NCBI GenBank assembly: GCA_963753345.1 | Contig: CAVWBU010000016.1 | Location: 197,150-261,149 of the forward strand | Length of the DNA: 64,000 nt | Reading direction: 5' to 3' | DNA from: an uncultured Fibrobacterota bacterium | GTDB lineage: Bacteria > Fibrobacterota > Chitinivibrionia > Chitinivibrionales > FEN-1185 | Part shown: in pieces, positions 8,685 through 18,083 of the stretch | How positions within the stretch are numbered: position 1 is the first letter of the stretch | Layout: the number at the start of each line of letters is the position of its first letter | Made by a program: the position numbers and the translations under genes | Notes under the pieces: generated by a model | Database searches by the model: none | Told to the model about the DNA's origin: nothing | The model's input: only the letters and a program-made list of their open reading frames with translations

Positions 8685-10058
8685 ATGTTCAGAAAACCAT
8701 TCGTTATGATGATCGGGGTGGCCCTGCTTTCTCCCGGCACATTCGCCCAGACCGGGGTGCCCGTTTTGAATCCGGTCGTGATACGCGGGTCCGTGTATGA
8801 CGACACCTATCCTGCAAAACTGCTCATCGCCAACGTGAGAGTCAGGCTCTGGAAGCAGCTTGCGATCCTTCCTCCCCAGACCGGCAGCGCAAAGGCTCTG
8901 GCCGCGGACCAAACGCTCCTTGACTCGGCAGTGACGGATGCCACCGGCTGGTTTGCGTTCAAACCCGTTTTAGTAGGCACGTACCAGGTCTCATTTGACA
9001 AGCCGTCCTACGCAAGCAGGCAGATTTCCCTTACCGTCTATGCCGACACCACGCTTATGGTGCCCCTGCTTGCCGCAGGCGCGAAGGCGCGCGTGGCGGG
9101 GACTGTGCGAGCGGCGTGTTCCGGTCTCCTCGGCATGCCGTGCATTCTGCAGCCGATACCCGGCTGCGCTGTGACCGTTTCCCTAGCAACCGTGGTGCCG
9201 ATAGCGCCGGTTCCCCTCAATACGGCCGTTCTATCAACGATTGATTCCGTGGCATACTTCGCAATCACCGACTCCATGGGCAATTATGCCATCGACAGCA
9301 TCCCCATCGACGTGAACGGCGAGGGTATTTCGGTGTCGGTCAGCGTAGCGGGCTATGCCACCCAGACAATTGACACAACGATCCAGAACAACCTTACGAC
9401 AACCGTGAATTTCTCTCTTGCCAAGTCCGCCTCAGGTCCCAGAGACACGGTATACGTGACGCCGGTTCGCCCGACAACGTCCGATTCGCTGCACTTCACC
9501 CTGTATAATGCAAACCACTGCTGCGCCACCATCTACCGCGGCAACTCGGTTTCGGTTTCGGACACCATCATTTACCTATCGTACACCTACGACGATACCC
9601 TGTGCCCATACACCGACTGTTTTGCGGCGGGTTCGGAGACTGGTTTTTCAAGCAAGCCGCTGACGGCCGGCACGTATGCCATTTACAAAGTCGAAAGCAT
9701 GTATTGTCCACCAGGACGCGCTTGCCCGCTGTATCTCCTGGCGCCGGAGCGCGTCGGCAGCGTGATTGTTGGTCCTGCAGCCTCAGTGCGGCCGTATCCT
9801 TACAGTGCGACTCCAACAACCGCCATTGACATTGCGGGACAGGGCGTGTTGGTGACCCTGGCCGCCCCCGGCCACGCCACCCTGCGCGTGTACGATGTGA
9901 GCGGCAGGCTGCTCGCTGAACTGCACAACGGCTGGATGAGTGCAGGCGCTCACCGGTTCGCCATCGGCTCCCTGAGGCCGGCCGCAGGGATGTTCATTGT
10001 CAGCCTGGCTGTTGACGGGAAGACGTCTCTGGTGAAGACCGCGGCGCTTGCACGCTGA
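8685..10058 (+). CDS. Secreted protein: two carboxypeptidase-regulatory-like domains, a 6-Cys domain and a T9SS-CTD-like tail
   Basis: Signal peptide; TDATGWFAF..V..GTY; TDSMGNYAI; C-terminal LRVYDVSGRLL...GAHRF...AGMFIV. Confidence 0.78.
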   Translation: MFRKPFVMMIGVALLSPGTFAQTGVPVLNPVVIRGSVYDDTYPAKLLIANVRVRLWKQLAILPPQTGSAKALAADQTLLDSAVTDATGWFAFKPVLVGTYQVSFDKPSYASRQISLTVYADTTLMVPLLAAGAKARVAGTVRAACSGLLGMPCILQPIPGCAVTVSLATVVPIAPVPLNTAVLSTIDSVAYFAITDSMGNYAIDSIPIDVNGEGISVSVSVAGYATQTIDTTIQNNLTTTVNFSLAKSASGPRDTVYVTPVRPTTSDSLHFTLYNANHCCATIYRGNSVSVSDTIIYLSYTYDDTLCPYTDCFAAGSETGFSSKPLTAGTYAIYKVESMYCPPGRACPLYLLAPERVGSVIVGPAASVRPYPYSATPTTAIDIAGQGVLVTLAAPGHATLRVYDVSGRLLAELHNGWMSAGAHRFAIGSLRPAAGMFIVSLAVDGKTSLVKTAALAR

Positions 10059-10072
10059 CCACGATGCCAGCG

Positions 10073-10116
10073 AACGCGCACCATGGGTCACTCGACCCGT
10101 TGTGCGCGTTTTTTTT
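10073..10116 (+). terminator. Rho-independent terminator
   Basis: aacgcgcac..gggtc/gaccc..gtgcgcgtt stem followed by a T run, 15 nt after the stop at 10058. Confidence 0.75.
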
Positions 10117-10128
10117 CATCACTTTCCT

Positions 10129-10157
10129 TTGTATTTCCTTCCGCTATAAGGTATATT
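10129..10157 (+). promoter_or_regulatory. Putative sigma70 promoter for the RRM gene
   Basis: TTGTAT-17 nt-TATATT. Confidence 0.5.
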
Positions 10158-10227
10158 GCATTCAGGCAAAACGTGCCGGCGAGCCGTATGGCTCTTTACA
10201 ATCACAGTTTCAAGAGAGGTGTCTGGT

Positions 10228-10545
10228 ATGAACATTTATGTTGGTAATTTGTCGTTTGATGCCGGCGAGGCCGACGTCCGTCAGCTGTTTGAGGCCCATG
10301 GTCAGGTCGCGTCGGTGTCGGTCATCGAAGACAAATTCACCGGTAGGCCCAGGGGTTTCGCGTTTGTCGAAATGCCCACGGATGCCGAAGCTCAGGCCGC
10401 CATCGCGGCCCTCAACAGCAAGGATTTCAAAGGTCGCCCGCTCACGGTCAACGAGGCCCGTCCGCGCACCGAGCGCACCGGCAGAGGCGGCGGTGGTGGC
10501 GGGGGATATCGCGGCGGCAGGGATGGCGGACAGCGCGCGTGGTAG
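10228..10545 (+). CDS. RRM-domain RNA-binding protein with Gly-rich tail
   Basis: MNIYVGNLSF (RNP2), RGFAFVEM (RNP1), LTVNEARPR, GGGGGGGY; GAGG RBS. Confidence 0.95.
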   Translation: MNIYVGNLSFDAGEADVRQLFEAHGQVASVSVIEDKFTGRPRGFAFVEMPTDAEAQAAIAALNSKDFKGRPLTVNEARPRTERTGRGGGGGGGYRGGRDGGQRAW

Positions 10546-10596
10546 GTACGCGACAAAATCGTTAGCCAATAAGTAAATTTGTTCAATGGTTCAATA

Positions 10597-10643
10597 AAGA
10601 AGGCGTTCGAACGCGGGAAGCGGTCGGATGCCTTCTTCATTTA
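10597..10643 (+). terminator. Hairpin, probable terminator after the RRM gene
   Basis: aagaaggcgttcga...tcggatgccttctt stem followed by a weak T-rich tail. Confidence 0.45.
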
Positions 10644-10736
10644 CGGTAACTGGAACCAGGAGCTCAGGACACTCGAAAAGAAGATGCAAGAGATCGTCCG
10701 CAAAAAAGCGAAACGTAAAGCGGCAAGGAACAAACC

Positions 10737-11174
10737 ATGACAGCTTCGCACGACGCAATCGAACTTTACAAGATGACCTTCACCTGCTCCCAGGCGATCT
10801 GTGCCGCTTTCGGCGCAAACCTCGGCCTCGACAAAGAGACGGCGCTCAAAATCTCCTGCGCGTTCGGCGGCGGGTGCAGCCGGCTCGGCCTTACCTGCGG
10901 GGCGGTCACCGGTGCGTTCATGGTGATCGGGCTCAAATTCGGGAGAAGCAAACCCGACGACCTTGCCGCAAAGGAAAAGACTTATGCGATGACGCAGGAG
11001 TTTGCAAGGAGGTTCACCGCCATAAACGGCTCGCTCAACTGCACGGAACTGCTCGGCTGCGACATGGGCACCGACAAAGGATACGCCGCGGCAAAGGAGC
11101 GCAATCTTTTCACCACGCTGTGCCTCAAGCTGGTGAAAGATGCGGCGGAGATAGTGGAGAATATTTGCAAATGA
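10737..11174 (+). CDS. C_GCAxxG_C_C family putative redox-active protein
   Basis: FTCSQA, FGGG, TCGAVTGA, GSLNCTELLG, CLKLV. Confidence 0.88.
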   Translation: MTASHDAIELYKMTFTCSQAICAAFGANLGLDKETALKISCAFGGGCSRLGLTCGAVTGAFMVIGLKFGRSKPDDLAAKEKTYAMTQEFARRFTAINGSLNCTELLGCDMGTDKGYAAAKERNLFTTLCLKLVKDAAEIVENICK

Positions 11175-11346
11175 GAGTGGCTGCTATCATTCCTGCGGCG
11201 CGGAACTGTTCACGCTCGACACTTAAATTGGTTTGTCGCTATCCTATTCGATTCTTTGGATCTCGTCCCACCAATCCCTCAAAACCGCCGGGAGATTCAT
11301 TTTAATCGGCTCATTCTACAATTTACATTCTTCATTCTACAATTCT

Positions 11347-12735
11347 CTAGAACTCCGCATTCCCCGGCCACCTCGGAAACGGTATCACTTCCCTTATGTT
11401 CTGCAGACCGGTGACCAGGAGCATCAGCCGCTCGAAGCCCAGACCGAATCCTGCGTGCGGGGCCGAACCGTATTTCCTCAAGTCAAGGTACCACCAGTAG
11501 TCTTTTTCATTGAGGCCCAGTTCCTTTATCCTCGCCAGCAGCACGTCGTGCCGGTCTTCGCGCTCGCTGCCGCCGATAAGCTCGCCGATGCGCGGCACCA
11601 GAAGGTCCATGGCGCGCACGGTCTTTCCGTCGTCGTTCTGCTTCATGTAAAAGGCCTTGATCCGCTTCGGGTAGTCGCGCACGATCACCGGTTTCCCGTA
11701 GGCCTTTTCGGTGAGAAACCGCTCGTGTTCGGTCTGCAGGTCGCTCCCCCATTGCACCTTGAATTCAAAGGAGTCGTTCGCCTTTTCGAGGACGGCAATC
11801 GCCTCCGTATAGGTGATTCGCTCAAACGCGCTGTCGGCGATGTGCGCCAGCGAGTCGAGCAGAGAGGTATCGATGCGTTCGTTGAAGAACGCAAGGTCGT
11901 TGTTGTTATTGTCAAGCGCATAGCGCACCAGGTACCGCACAAATTCCTCGGCAAGCGCCATGTCTTCGTCGAGCCCGGCAAAAGCCATTTCGGGCTCGAT
12001 CATCCAGAACTCCGCAAGGTGGCGCGGCGTATTGGAGTTTTCCGCGCGGAACGTTGGGCCGAAGGTGTACACGCGTGAAAGCGCAAGCGCATATATCTCG
12101 GCCTCAAGCTGGCCGCTTACCGTGAGGCCCGCTTTCTTTCCGAAGAAGTCGCGGCTGTAATCAACGCCGCCTGCTGCGTCGCGCGGAAGATTTTCAAGCG
12201 GCAGCGCCGTGACCCGGAACTGCTCGCCCGCTCCCTCGCAGTCGCTGGTGGTTATAACGGGCGTATGTATGTAGTGGAACCCGCGCTCCTGAAAAAACTT
12301 GTGCACGGCGAAGCTCAGGGAGCTGCGCAGCCGTGCGACCGCGCCCATGGTGTTCGTCCTGGGCGCAGGTGGGCGATGTCGCGCAGGTACTCGAAACTGT
12401 GGTGCTTCTTCTGGAGCGGGTAGTCGGCCGGCGCGGACGGAAAATACGGTGATCTTCGACGCGCGCAGTTCCACGGACTGGCCCTTTCCGGGAGACTGTG
12501 CGAGCGTGCCCTCGCACGAGATTGCGCTGCCGGTTGTCAACTTGATGATGTCGACGCCGTAATTCGGAAGCGATCCGTCGGCGATCACCTGCAGCGAGGC
12601 GACACACGAGCCGTCGTTGACTTCAAGGAACGAGAATGTCTTGGCGTCGCGGCGGGTTCGGACCCAGCCGGCAACATTAATTTGCTCGCCAGTTTTACCT
12701 TTTGACAAGACATTGACAATCGCATCAGTCTTCAT
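11347..12735 (-). CDS. asnS: Asparaginyl-tRNA synthetase (contains two compensating frameshifts)
   Basis: [53 protein letters not shown]. Segment ~12362-12440 reads [21 protein letters not shown] in another frame. Confidence 0.96.
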   Translation of the reverse strand: MKTDAIVNVLSKGKTGEQINVAGWVRTRRDAKTFSFLEVNDGSCVASLQVIADGSLPNYGVDIIKLTTGSAISCEGTLAQSPGKGQSVELRASKITVFSVRAGRLPAPEEAPQFRVPARHRPPAPRTNTMGAVARLRSSLSFAVHKFFQERGFHYIHTPVITTSDCEGAGEQFRVTALPLENLPRDAAGGVDYSRDFFGKKAGLTVSGQLEAEIYALALSRVYTFGPTFRAENSNTPRHLAEFWMIEPEMAFAGLDEDMALAEEFVRYLVRYALDNNNNDLAFFNERIDTSLLDSLAHIADSAFERITYTEAIAVLEKANDSFEFKVQWGSDLQTEHERFLTEKAYGKPVIVRDYPKRIKAFYMKQNDDGKTVRAMDLLVPRIGELIGGSEREDRHDVLLARIKELGLNEKDYWWYLDLRKYGSAPHAGFGLGFERLMLLVTGLQNIREVIPFPRWPGNAEF

Positions 12736-12777
12736 TTACCGGGCTCCTGTACATGCACCAAAATGAATTTATTTCAT

Positions 12778-13163
12778 GTGGGGGAGGTTTCCCCCTCGCT
12801 GCGGCTCGGTCACACCACTTTACAAGTTAGATTTTCGATCATGCATGACCGAGCCTCCGCTACCCCCTCTTGGGTGCACCCCAAGTGGAAGCGGTTGCAA
12901 GCATCAAACACCTGTGTGGGGCACCCACCAGCGACTGTGGCAATAAAAATCGGCCCGACAGATTACCCAACAAAACGTTAGTGAAAGAAATCAAAGCCGG
13001 CAATCATCCTCTGCCCGCGCGCCAGGCAGGACTGGAAAAATGGTCCCGCTTGAGGCGGGATGCCGCCCGGACCCGCCGCTACTGCGGCATAGGACCGTGG
13101 CGGCCCGAGGCCAAAGGCCGAGACCGGAAGGACGGCCGCCGCCGCAAAGCGGCGGGGCGCCCA
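12778..13163 (-). repeat. Structured intergenic repeat, complete A-linker-B (locus 3)
   Basis: Reverse complement: A from 13163 (tgggcgccccgccgc...cctgcctggcgc) to ~13017; B from 12928 to 12778 (...gagggggaaacctcccccac). Confidence 0.9.
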
Positions 13164-13185
13164 TTTCCTTTTATTATTCTTGTGA

Positions 13186-13221
13186 CGCGGCCGGGCTGGA
13201 GCGAGGGGGATACCTCCCCCA
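13186..13221 (+). repeat. 3' fragment of module B
   Basis: cgcggccgggctggagcgagggggatacctccccca. Confidence 0.8.
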
Positions 13222-13245
13222 ATATGAAATTGCCTTTTATCTATA

Positions 13246-13764
13246 TCACTCACCAGAATAATTTATAAGCGTCTTTGGATCATACTCTCCAATTTTATCT
13301 TTATACTTCAAAAACGGCAGCCCTATTATACCGAACATTCCCGCCACTTCTCCACCCTGGCGCCTCACCATTTTCGCGACAGCCTCGAGCGTGCCGCCGG
13401 TCGCGATCAGGTCGTCGATGATGAGCCATTTTCCGGGAACAAGGTCTGCACTGTGGATCTGGAGCGTTGCCTGCCCGTACTCCAGCGCATAACTCTCTTC
13501 GATTGTTTTTCCCGGCAGCTTTCCCTTCTTGCGCGCAAGCACGAGCGGCAGTCCGCGCTCAACCGCGAAGCAGGATCCCAGGAGAAATCCCCGGCTTTCT
13601 ATTGCGATCACGCCGGTCACCGCGGTGTTTTTGTATAAAGCGAGCATCCGTTCCACGGTGTATTGGTATGCTTTTGGGTTTGTGAAGATGCTTGTCACGT
13701 CGTAAAACAGCACGCCCGGCTTGGGAAAATCCGGCACTTTCCTGATGGCATCGTCGAGGTTCAT
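13246..13764 (-). CDS. apt: Adenine phosphoribosyltransferase
   Basis: IRKVPDFPKPGVLFYD, IESRGF, RKKGKLPG, YALEYG, IIDDLIATGGT. Confidence 0.96.
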   Translation of the reverse strand: MNLDDAIRKVPDFPKPGVLFYDVTSIFTNPKAYQYTVERMLALYKNTAVTGVIAIESRGFLLGSCFAVERGLPLVLARKKGKLPGKTIEESYALEYGQATLQIHSADLVPGKWLIIDDLIATGGTLEAVAKMVRRQGGEVAGMFGIIGLPFLKYKDKIGEYDPKTLINYSGE

Positions 13765-13915
13765 GCGGTCTCCTTGGTTGTTGGTCAAAAGCGAGTTGGA
13801 AATATACGTTTCGAGACGGAATTCTCCAAGATCGGGCGGTTACAACAAGACAAGCTTGTGCCGCAAATGGCAAGGAAAATGTATATTGAAAGAGATGTAA
13901 TTAATTTAGAAAAAT

Positions 13916-14084
13916 TGGGCGTTACCCCTTTTGGAGTGGCATTCTATCAATGCCACTCCAAAAGGGGTCGGCTCTCCCTCCGGGCTCAGCCTGGCGGCCT
14001 CGTTGCCGCCTGTCCCTAACGCCTTCGGCGAGGGATCAGGCGTCAATCCCGCTATGGCGGGACCGCTCCGGTCCTGCCTAACGC
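13916..14084 (+). repeat. Structured intergenic repeat, module A only, with expanded first hairpin (locus 4)
   Basis: tgggcgtt, then a perfect 20-bp hairpin at 13924-13968, then ...tcccgctatggcggga...cctgcctaacgc. Confidence 0.85.
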
Positions 14085-14276
14085 GCCCAAAAAGTAGATT
14101 GGGCCCGGGCGCAGCTTGGCCAAGGCATGATTCAGCCAGGTCGGTACGTACGCTCAGGTGGATAGGGACGGATTCTACAGCAGCAGTCACTTTGGTTTTT
14201 CACAAGAAAGAATTTTTATTTCTTTTTTGATCGTTCGCGCTGGTGAAGAGTGGTGGATTTTACAGCGGCAGTCACT

Positions 14277-15227
14277 ATGGCTTTTTTTACAAAAAGAATT
14301 ATCCTTTCTCTCTTGATCGCCTCGGCCGGCCTTATCATATCCGGCTGTATGGGCAAGATCGCCACGAACATGTTTGCCGGCGCGCTGTCGAAGGACAATG
14401 GGGCCGCGGTGTTCTCCGGCGACGACGATCCCGAGCTCGTGGGAGACGCGCTGCCGTTCGCCATTAAAATGTACGAATCCCTGCTCGCCGGAAGCCCGAA
14501 CAACCCGGCGCTCCTGCTTGCCGCGGGAAAATCCCTGTGCATGTACTCGTACGCGTTTGTCCAGTCTCCGGCGGAACAGATGTCGGTAAGCGAGCTTGCC
14601 GAAAAAGAGGAAATGCTCCAGCGCGCCAAGCACCTGTACCTACGCGGACGCGACTACATTCTCAAGGCCGTTTCGCTCCGTCACCCGCATTTTGTGGAAC
14701 ACCTTACCAAAAGTGACTTTGCAGCCGCGTTCAAGAACATGTCGGCGAGGGACACCTCGTACCTGTACTGGGCGGGCTTGTCGTGGATGGCCGCGTTTTC
14801 CGTCGACAAGAGCGACGTGGCCCTTGCCGTGGACATTCCCCGAGCCGTGGCATGCATCAGCAAGGTTATGGAACTCAAGGACGGGTATGGCGAAGGCGCG
14901 GCGCACGAGTTCTTTGTCTCATATTACGGCGCCATGCCCGCCGCCATGGGCGGCAGCGAGGCAAAGGCGCGCGAGCATTTCGCGCTTTCCATAAAGTACT
15001 CGAACGGCGCAAAGGTAAGCCCCTACCTTGCCCTTGCGACCACGGTGTGCGTGAGGAACCAGAACCTCCCGGAATTCAAGACGCTGCTCGAGACCGCGCT
15101 CAAGGTGAATATCAACAAGAGCCGCGGCAACAGGCTTGTGAACATTCTCAACCAGCAGAAAGCCCGATGGCTTCTCGACCATACCGACGATTACTTTCTG
15201 CCCGCACAAGGAGACACCGCACAATGA
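14277..15227 (+). CDS. tatT: TRAP-T (TPAT) TatT TPR-like lipoprotein
   Basis: Lipobox IISGC; DDDPELVGDALPFAIK..ESLL...P.N; MGGS..KAREHF..SI; first gene of a TRAP operon. Confidence 0.85.
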   Translation: MAFFTKRIILSLLIASAGLIISGCMGKIATNMFAGALSKDNGAAVFSGDDDPELVGDALPFAIKMYESLLAGSPNNPALLLAAGKSLCMYSYAFVQSPAEQMSVSELAEKEEMLQRAKHLYLRGRDYILKAVSLRHPHFVEHLTKSDFAAAFKNMSARDTSYLYWAGLSWMAAFSVDKSDVALAVDIPRAVACISKVMELKDGYGEGAAHEFFVSYYGAMPAAMGGSEAKAREHFALSIKYSNGAKVSPYLALATTVCVRNQNLPEFKTLLETALKVNINKSRGNRLVNILNQQKARWLLDHTDDYFLPAQGDTAQ

Positions 15228-16231
15228 TTGCCCGACTGATTCTCCTTCTCGCCTCGTGCATATTCCTGTTTGTCCATGTCCCGCCGGCATGCGGCCTCAC
15301 GATCAAACTCGGCAGCCTCGCGCCCGCCGGCTCACCCTGGGACAAGGGGCTTTCCAGGCTCGCCGCGGAGTGGCAGAAGATATCCAACGGGACCGTCGAG
15401 CTCAAGGTCTATCCGGGCGGCATCGTGGGCGACGAATCGGACATGACGCGCAAGATGCGCATCGGCCAGCTCAACGCGGCGGGCCTTTCGGGCGTGGGGC
15501 TGTTCCGCATCTATCCCGAGATCGTCACGGTCCAGCTTCCCCTGTTTATCCGCAGCAACGAAGAGCTCGATTACGTTCTTGACAAGATGAAGCCGGCGTT
15601 CTCGAAAGAGCTGGAGCAGCGGGGGTTCAAGATCGTGATCTGGTCGTTCGTGGGATGGGTGCACTTTTTTTCCAAGAGCCCCGTGGTGACGCCCGACGAC
15701 ATGAAGAAGCAGAAGCTGTTCGTGTGGGCCGGCGACGCCGACGCGGCCCAGATCTGGAAGGAAAGCGGATTCCGCGTCGTCCCACTCACCCCCACCGACC
15801 TCATGCCTTCTTTGCAAAGCGGAATGGTGGAGGCCTTTACCGCGACCGCCCTTTCCGCCGCGTCGTACCAGTGGTTCGGGCTTGCCAAGAACATGTGCGC
15901 CATGAAATGGGCGCCGCTCATCGGCGGCATCGTTGTCTGCGCGAACACGTGGTCCAAAATCGACCCGGAGCTTGCCGCAAAGCTCGAGGCCGCGGCCGCC
16001 CAGGTCGGCGCAGACATGCAGGCCGAGATCCTCAAGGCCGATGTCGCGGCAGTGGACATCATGAAGAAAAACGGCCTCGTGGTCAATCCCGTCTCGCAGG
16101 ACGCCGAGAACACGTGGCGCGCCGCAGTCCAGGCCGGCTTCGAAAAGGGGTTCCTCAAGAACATCAACAACGACGTTTACGAAGCGGTGAAGAAATACGA
16201 TGCCGAATACCGCGCCGCGCACCCCAAGTAG
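15224..16231 (+). CDS. dctP: TRAP transporter substrate-binding protein (DctP/TatP)
   Basis: IKLGSLAPAGSPW, YPGGIVGDE.DM.RKMRIGQL, LQSGMVEA; ATGA-coupled to tatT. Confidence 0.88.
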   Translation: MIARLILLLASCIFLFVHVPPACGLTIKLGSLAPAGSPWDKGLSRLAAEWQKISNGTVELKVYPGGIVGDESDMTRKMRIGQLNAAGLSGVGLFRIYPEIVTVQLPLFIRSNEELDYVLDKMKPAFSKELEQRGFKIVIWSFVGWVHFFSKSPVVTPDDMKKQKLFVWAGDADAAQIWKESGFRVVPLTPTDLMPSLQSGMVEAFTATALSAASYQWFGLAKNMCAMKWAPLIGGIVVCANTWSKIDPELAAKLEAAAAQVGADMQAEILKADVAAVDIMKKNGLVVNPVSQDAENTWRAAVQAGFEKGFLKNINNDVYEAVKKYDAEYRAAHPK

Positions 16232-16250
16232 CAGGCGGCGCCTTCCCACC

Positions 16251-18062
16251 ATGAAATCGTTTTCCCAAACATGCGGCATTGCGCTGCGGCGCGCCGAGAA
16301 CGCGCTCGCGGTGCTCATTCTGGCCGGCCTGAGCCTCATTCCCATTCTGGAAATCTCGGCGCGCACCTTCTTGGGGACCGGCGTGCTCGGTTCCACCGAC
16401 TACGTCCAGCACCTTGTCTTGTGGATCACGTTCGTGGGCGGCATGTTCGCCTCGCGCGAGCGGCGCCACCTCTCGGTGACCGCGGGCCTGTCGCTGTTCC
16501 CCGCCCGCGCCCGCGTGTGGGCCGAGACCGCGGTCTCGTTCATTTCGGTGGCAGTGGTTTCCTGCCTCGCCTGGTCCGCCTACTCATTTGTTAAGGTCGG
16601 CATCGACCCGTCGCAGATGGTGGGCGCACTGCGGGCACAGTGGGCGGCATGCATCATGCCGGTCGGGTTCGGCGTGATGGCCCTGCGGTTTATCGTTCAT
16701 GCGCCGAAGGGTATCCTTTACAAGGCGATAGCCGCCTGCGGCGCCGTCGCGGTTGCGCTCATGCTCACGGCGGGCCTGCCTTTTGCGGGCAGAGTTGCGC
16801 TGCCGCTCGCGGTGATCCTCGTTGCGTCGTTTCCGTTCGGGGCGCCCATCTTTGTGGTGCTGGGCGGGCTTGCCCAGACCTATCTGCTGGGCGGCGGCGA
16901 GCTCGCCGCGGTTCCCAACGAAGCGTACACCATGCTCACCGGCCCGGTGATGCCCACCATACCGCTCTTCTCACTCGCAGGATATCTGCTTTCCGAAAGT
17001 AAAGCGGGCGAACGCCTCGTGCGACTCTTTCGAGCGCTGTTCGGCTGGATGCCCGGCGGCCTCACCCTCATGGCCATTCTGGTGTCGGCATTTTTTACCA
17101 CGTTCACCGGCGCATCGGGTGTCACGGTCATCGCGCTCGGCGGACTGCTTTCGTTCGTCCTAATCAGGAGCGGATACAAGAAAGGGTTCTCGGAAGGCTT
17201 CATCACCGCCTGCGGCAGCGTCGGGCTCCTGTTTCCGCCGAGCCTCGCGGTGATCCTCTACGGCGTGGTCTCGCATGTCAACATCCGTCATCTGTTCGTC
17301 GCGGGTATGCTGCCCGGCTTCTTCGTGGTGACCGCGATGGCAGTGGTGGGCGCGGCAAATTCCCGGCGCAACAAGATTCCCCGCACGCCGTTTAACGCAC
17401 GGGAAGCCGCCATAGCCCTCCGGGAATCGGCGTGGGAGATCCTGCTGCCCGTGTTTATCCTCGTGGGATTCTTCAAAGGCTACTTCACCCTTGTGGAAAC
17501 GGGCGCGATTTCGGTGCTGTACGTGGCGATCGTCGAAGTGGTGATCACCAGGGACATCAAGATTAAGAACCTTCCCTCGGCGCTTCTCACCTGCGTGCCC
17601 ATTGTCGGCGGGGTTCTGGTGATACTCGCGTCTGCAAAGGGGCTCTCCTACTGCGTGATCGACGCCGAAATCCCCACCAGGCTCTCTGCATGGGCGCAGG
17701 CGACGATCCACTCAAAGTACGTGTTCTTGCTCCTGCTCAACGCGGCGCTCCTTGTGGTGGGCTGTTTTATGGACATTTTTTCGGCCATCATCGTGGTGGT
17801 GCCGCTCATCGCGCCGCTGGGCGCGGCGTTCGGCATCGAGCCGGTGCACCTGGGCATCATTTTTCTCACCAACCTCGAAATAGGCTATCTTATGCCGCCA
17901 GTGGGCATCAACCTGCAGCTCGCCTCGTTCCGGTTCGGCGAGAACCTGCCTTCGATGTACCGGCTGATATTCCCTTTTGTTTTTGTCCTGTTCGCGGCGG
18001 TGCTTGCCATCACCTATCTTCCGTTTTTGTCAACGTGGCTGGTGCACATCATTTACGGCTGA
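16251..18062 (+). CDS. Fused TRAP small+large permease (DctQM)
   Basis: Many TM segments; IPLF.LAG.LL, FTGASGVT, GLLFPPS, GCFMD, EIGYLMPPVG.NL. Confidence 0.9.
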   Translation: MKSFSQTCGIALRRAENALAVLILAGLSLIPILEISARTFLGTGVLGSTDYVQHLVLWITFVGGMFASRERRHLSVTAGLSLFPARARVWAETAVSFISVAVVSCLAWSAYSFVKVGIDPSQMVGALRAQWAACIMPVGFGVMALRFIVHAPKGILYKAIAACGAVAVALMLTAGLPFAGRVALPLAVILVASFPFGAPIFVVLGGLAQTYLLGGGELAAVPNEAYTMLTGPVMPTIPLFSLAGYLLSESKAGERLVRLFRALFGWMPGGLTLMAILVSAFFTTFTGASGVTVIALGGLLSFVLIRSGYKKGFSEGFITACGSVGLLFPPSLAVILYGVVSHVNIRHLFVAGMLPGFFVVTAMAVVGAANSRRNKIPRTPFNAREAAIALRESAWEILLPVFILVGFFKGYFTLVETGAISVLYVAIVEVVITRDIKIKNLPSALLTCVPIVGGVLVILASAKGLSYCVIDAEIPTRLSAWAQATIHSKYVFLLLLNAALLVVGCFMDIFSAIIVVVPLIAPLGAAFGIEPVHLGIIFLTNLEIGYLMPPVGINLQLASFRFGENLPSMYRLIFPFVFVLFAAVLAITYLPFLSTWLVHIIYG

Positions 18063-18083
18063 CGCAATCCGAAAGGAGCTTTT

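Noticed and set aside
12778-13163. T-box or riboswitch leader upstream of asnS (and serS)
   Set aside because: No T-box consensus. The same element sits beside unrelated genes and in opposite orientation relative to serS.
12763-13268. Short ORFs across the repeats sharing peptides such as TQEGVAED and RSEGDTSP
   Set aside because: The similarity comes from the DNA repeat; frames, starts and stops are not conserved between copies.
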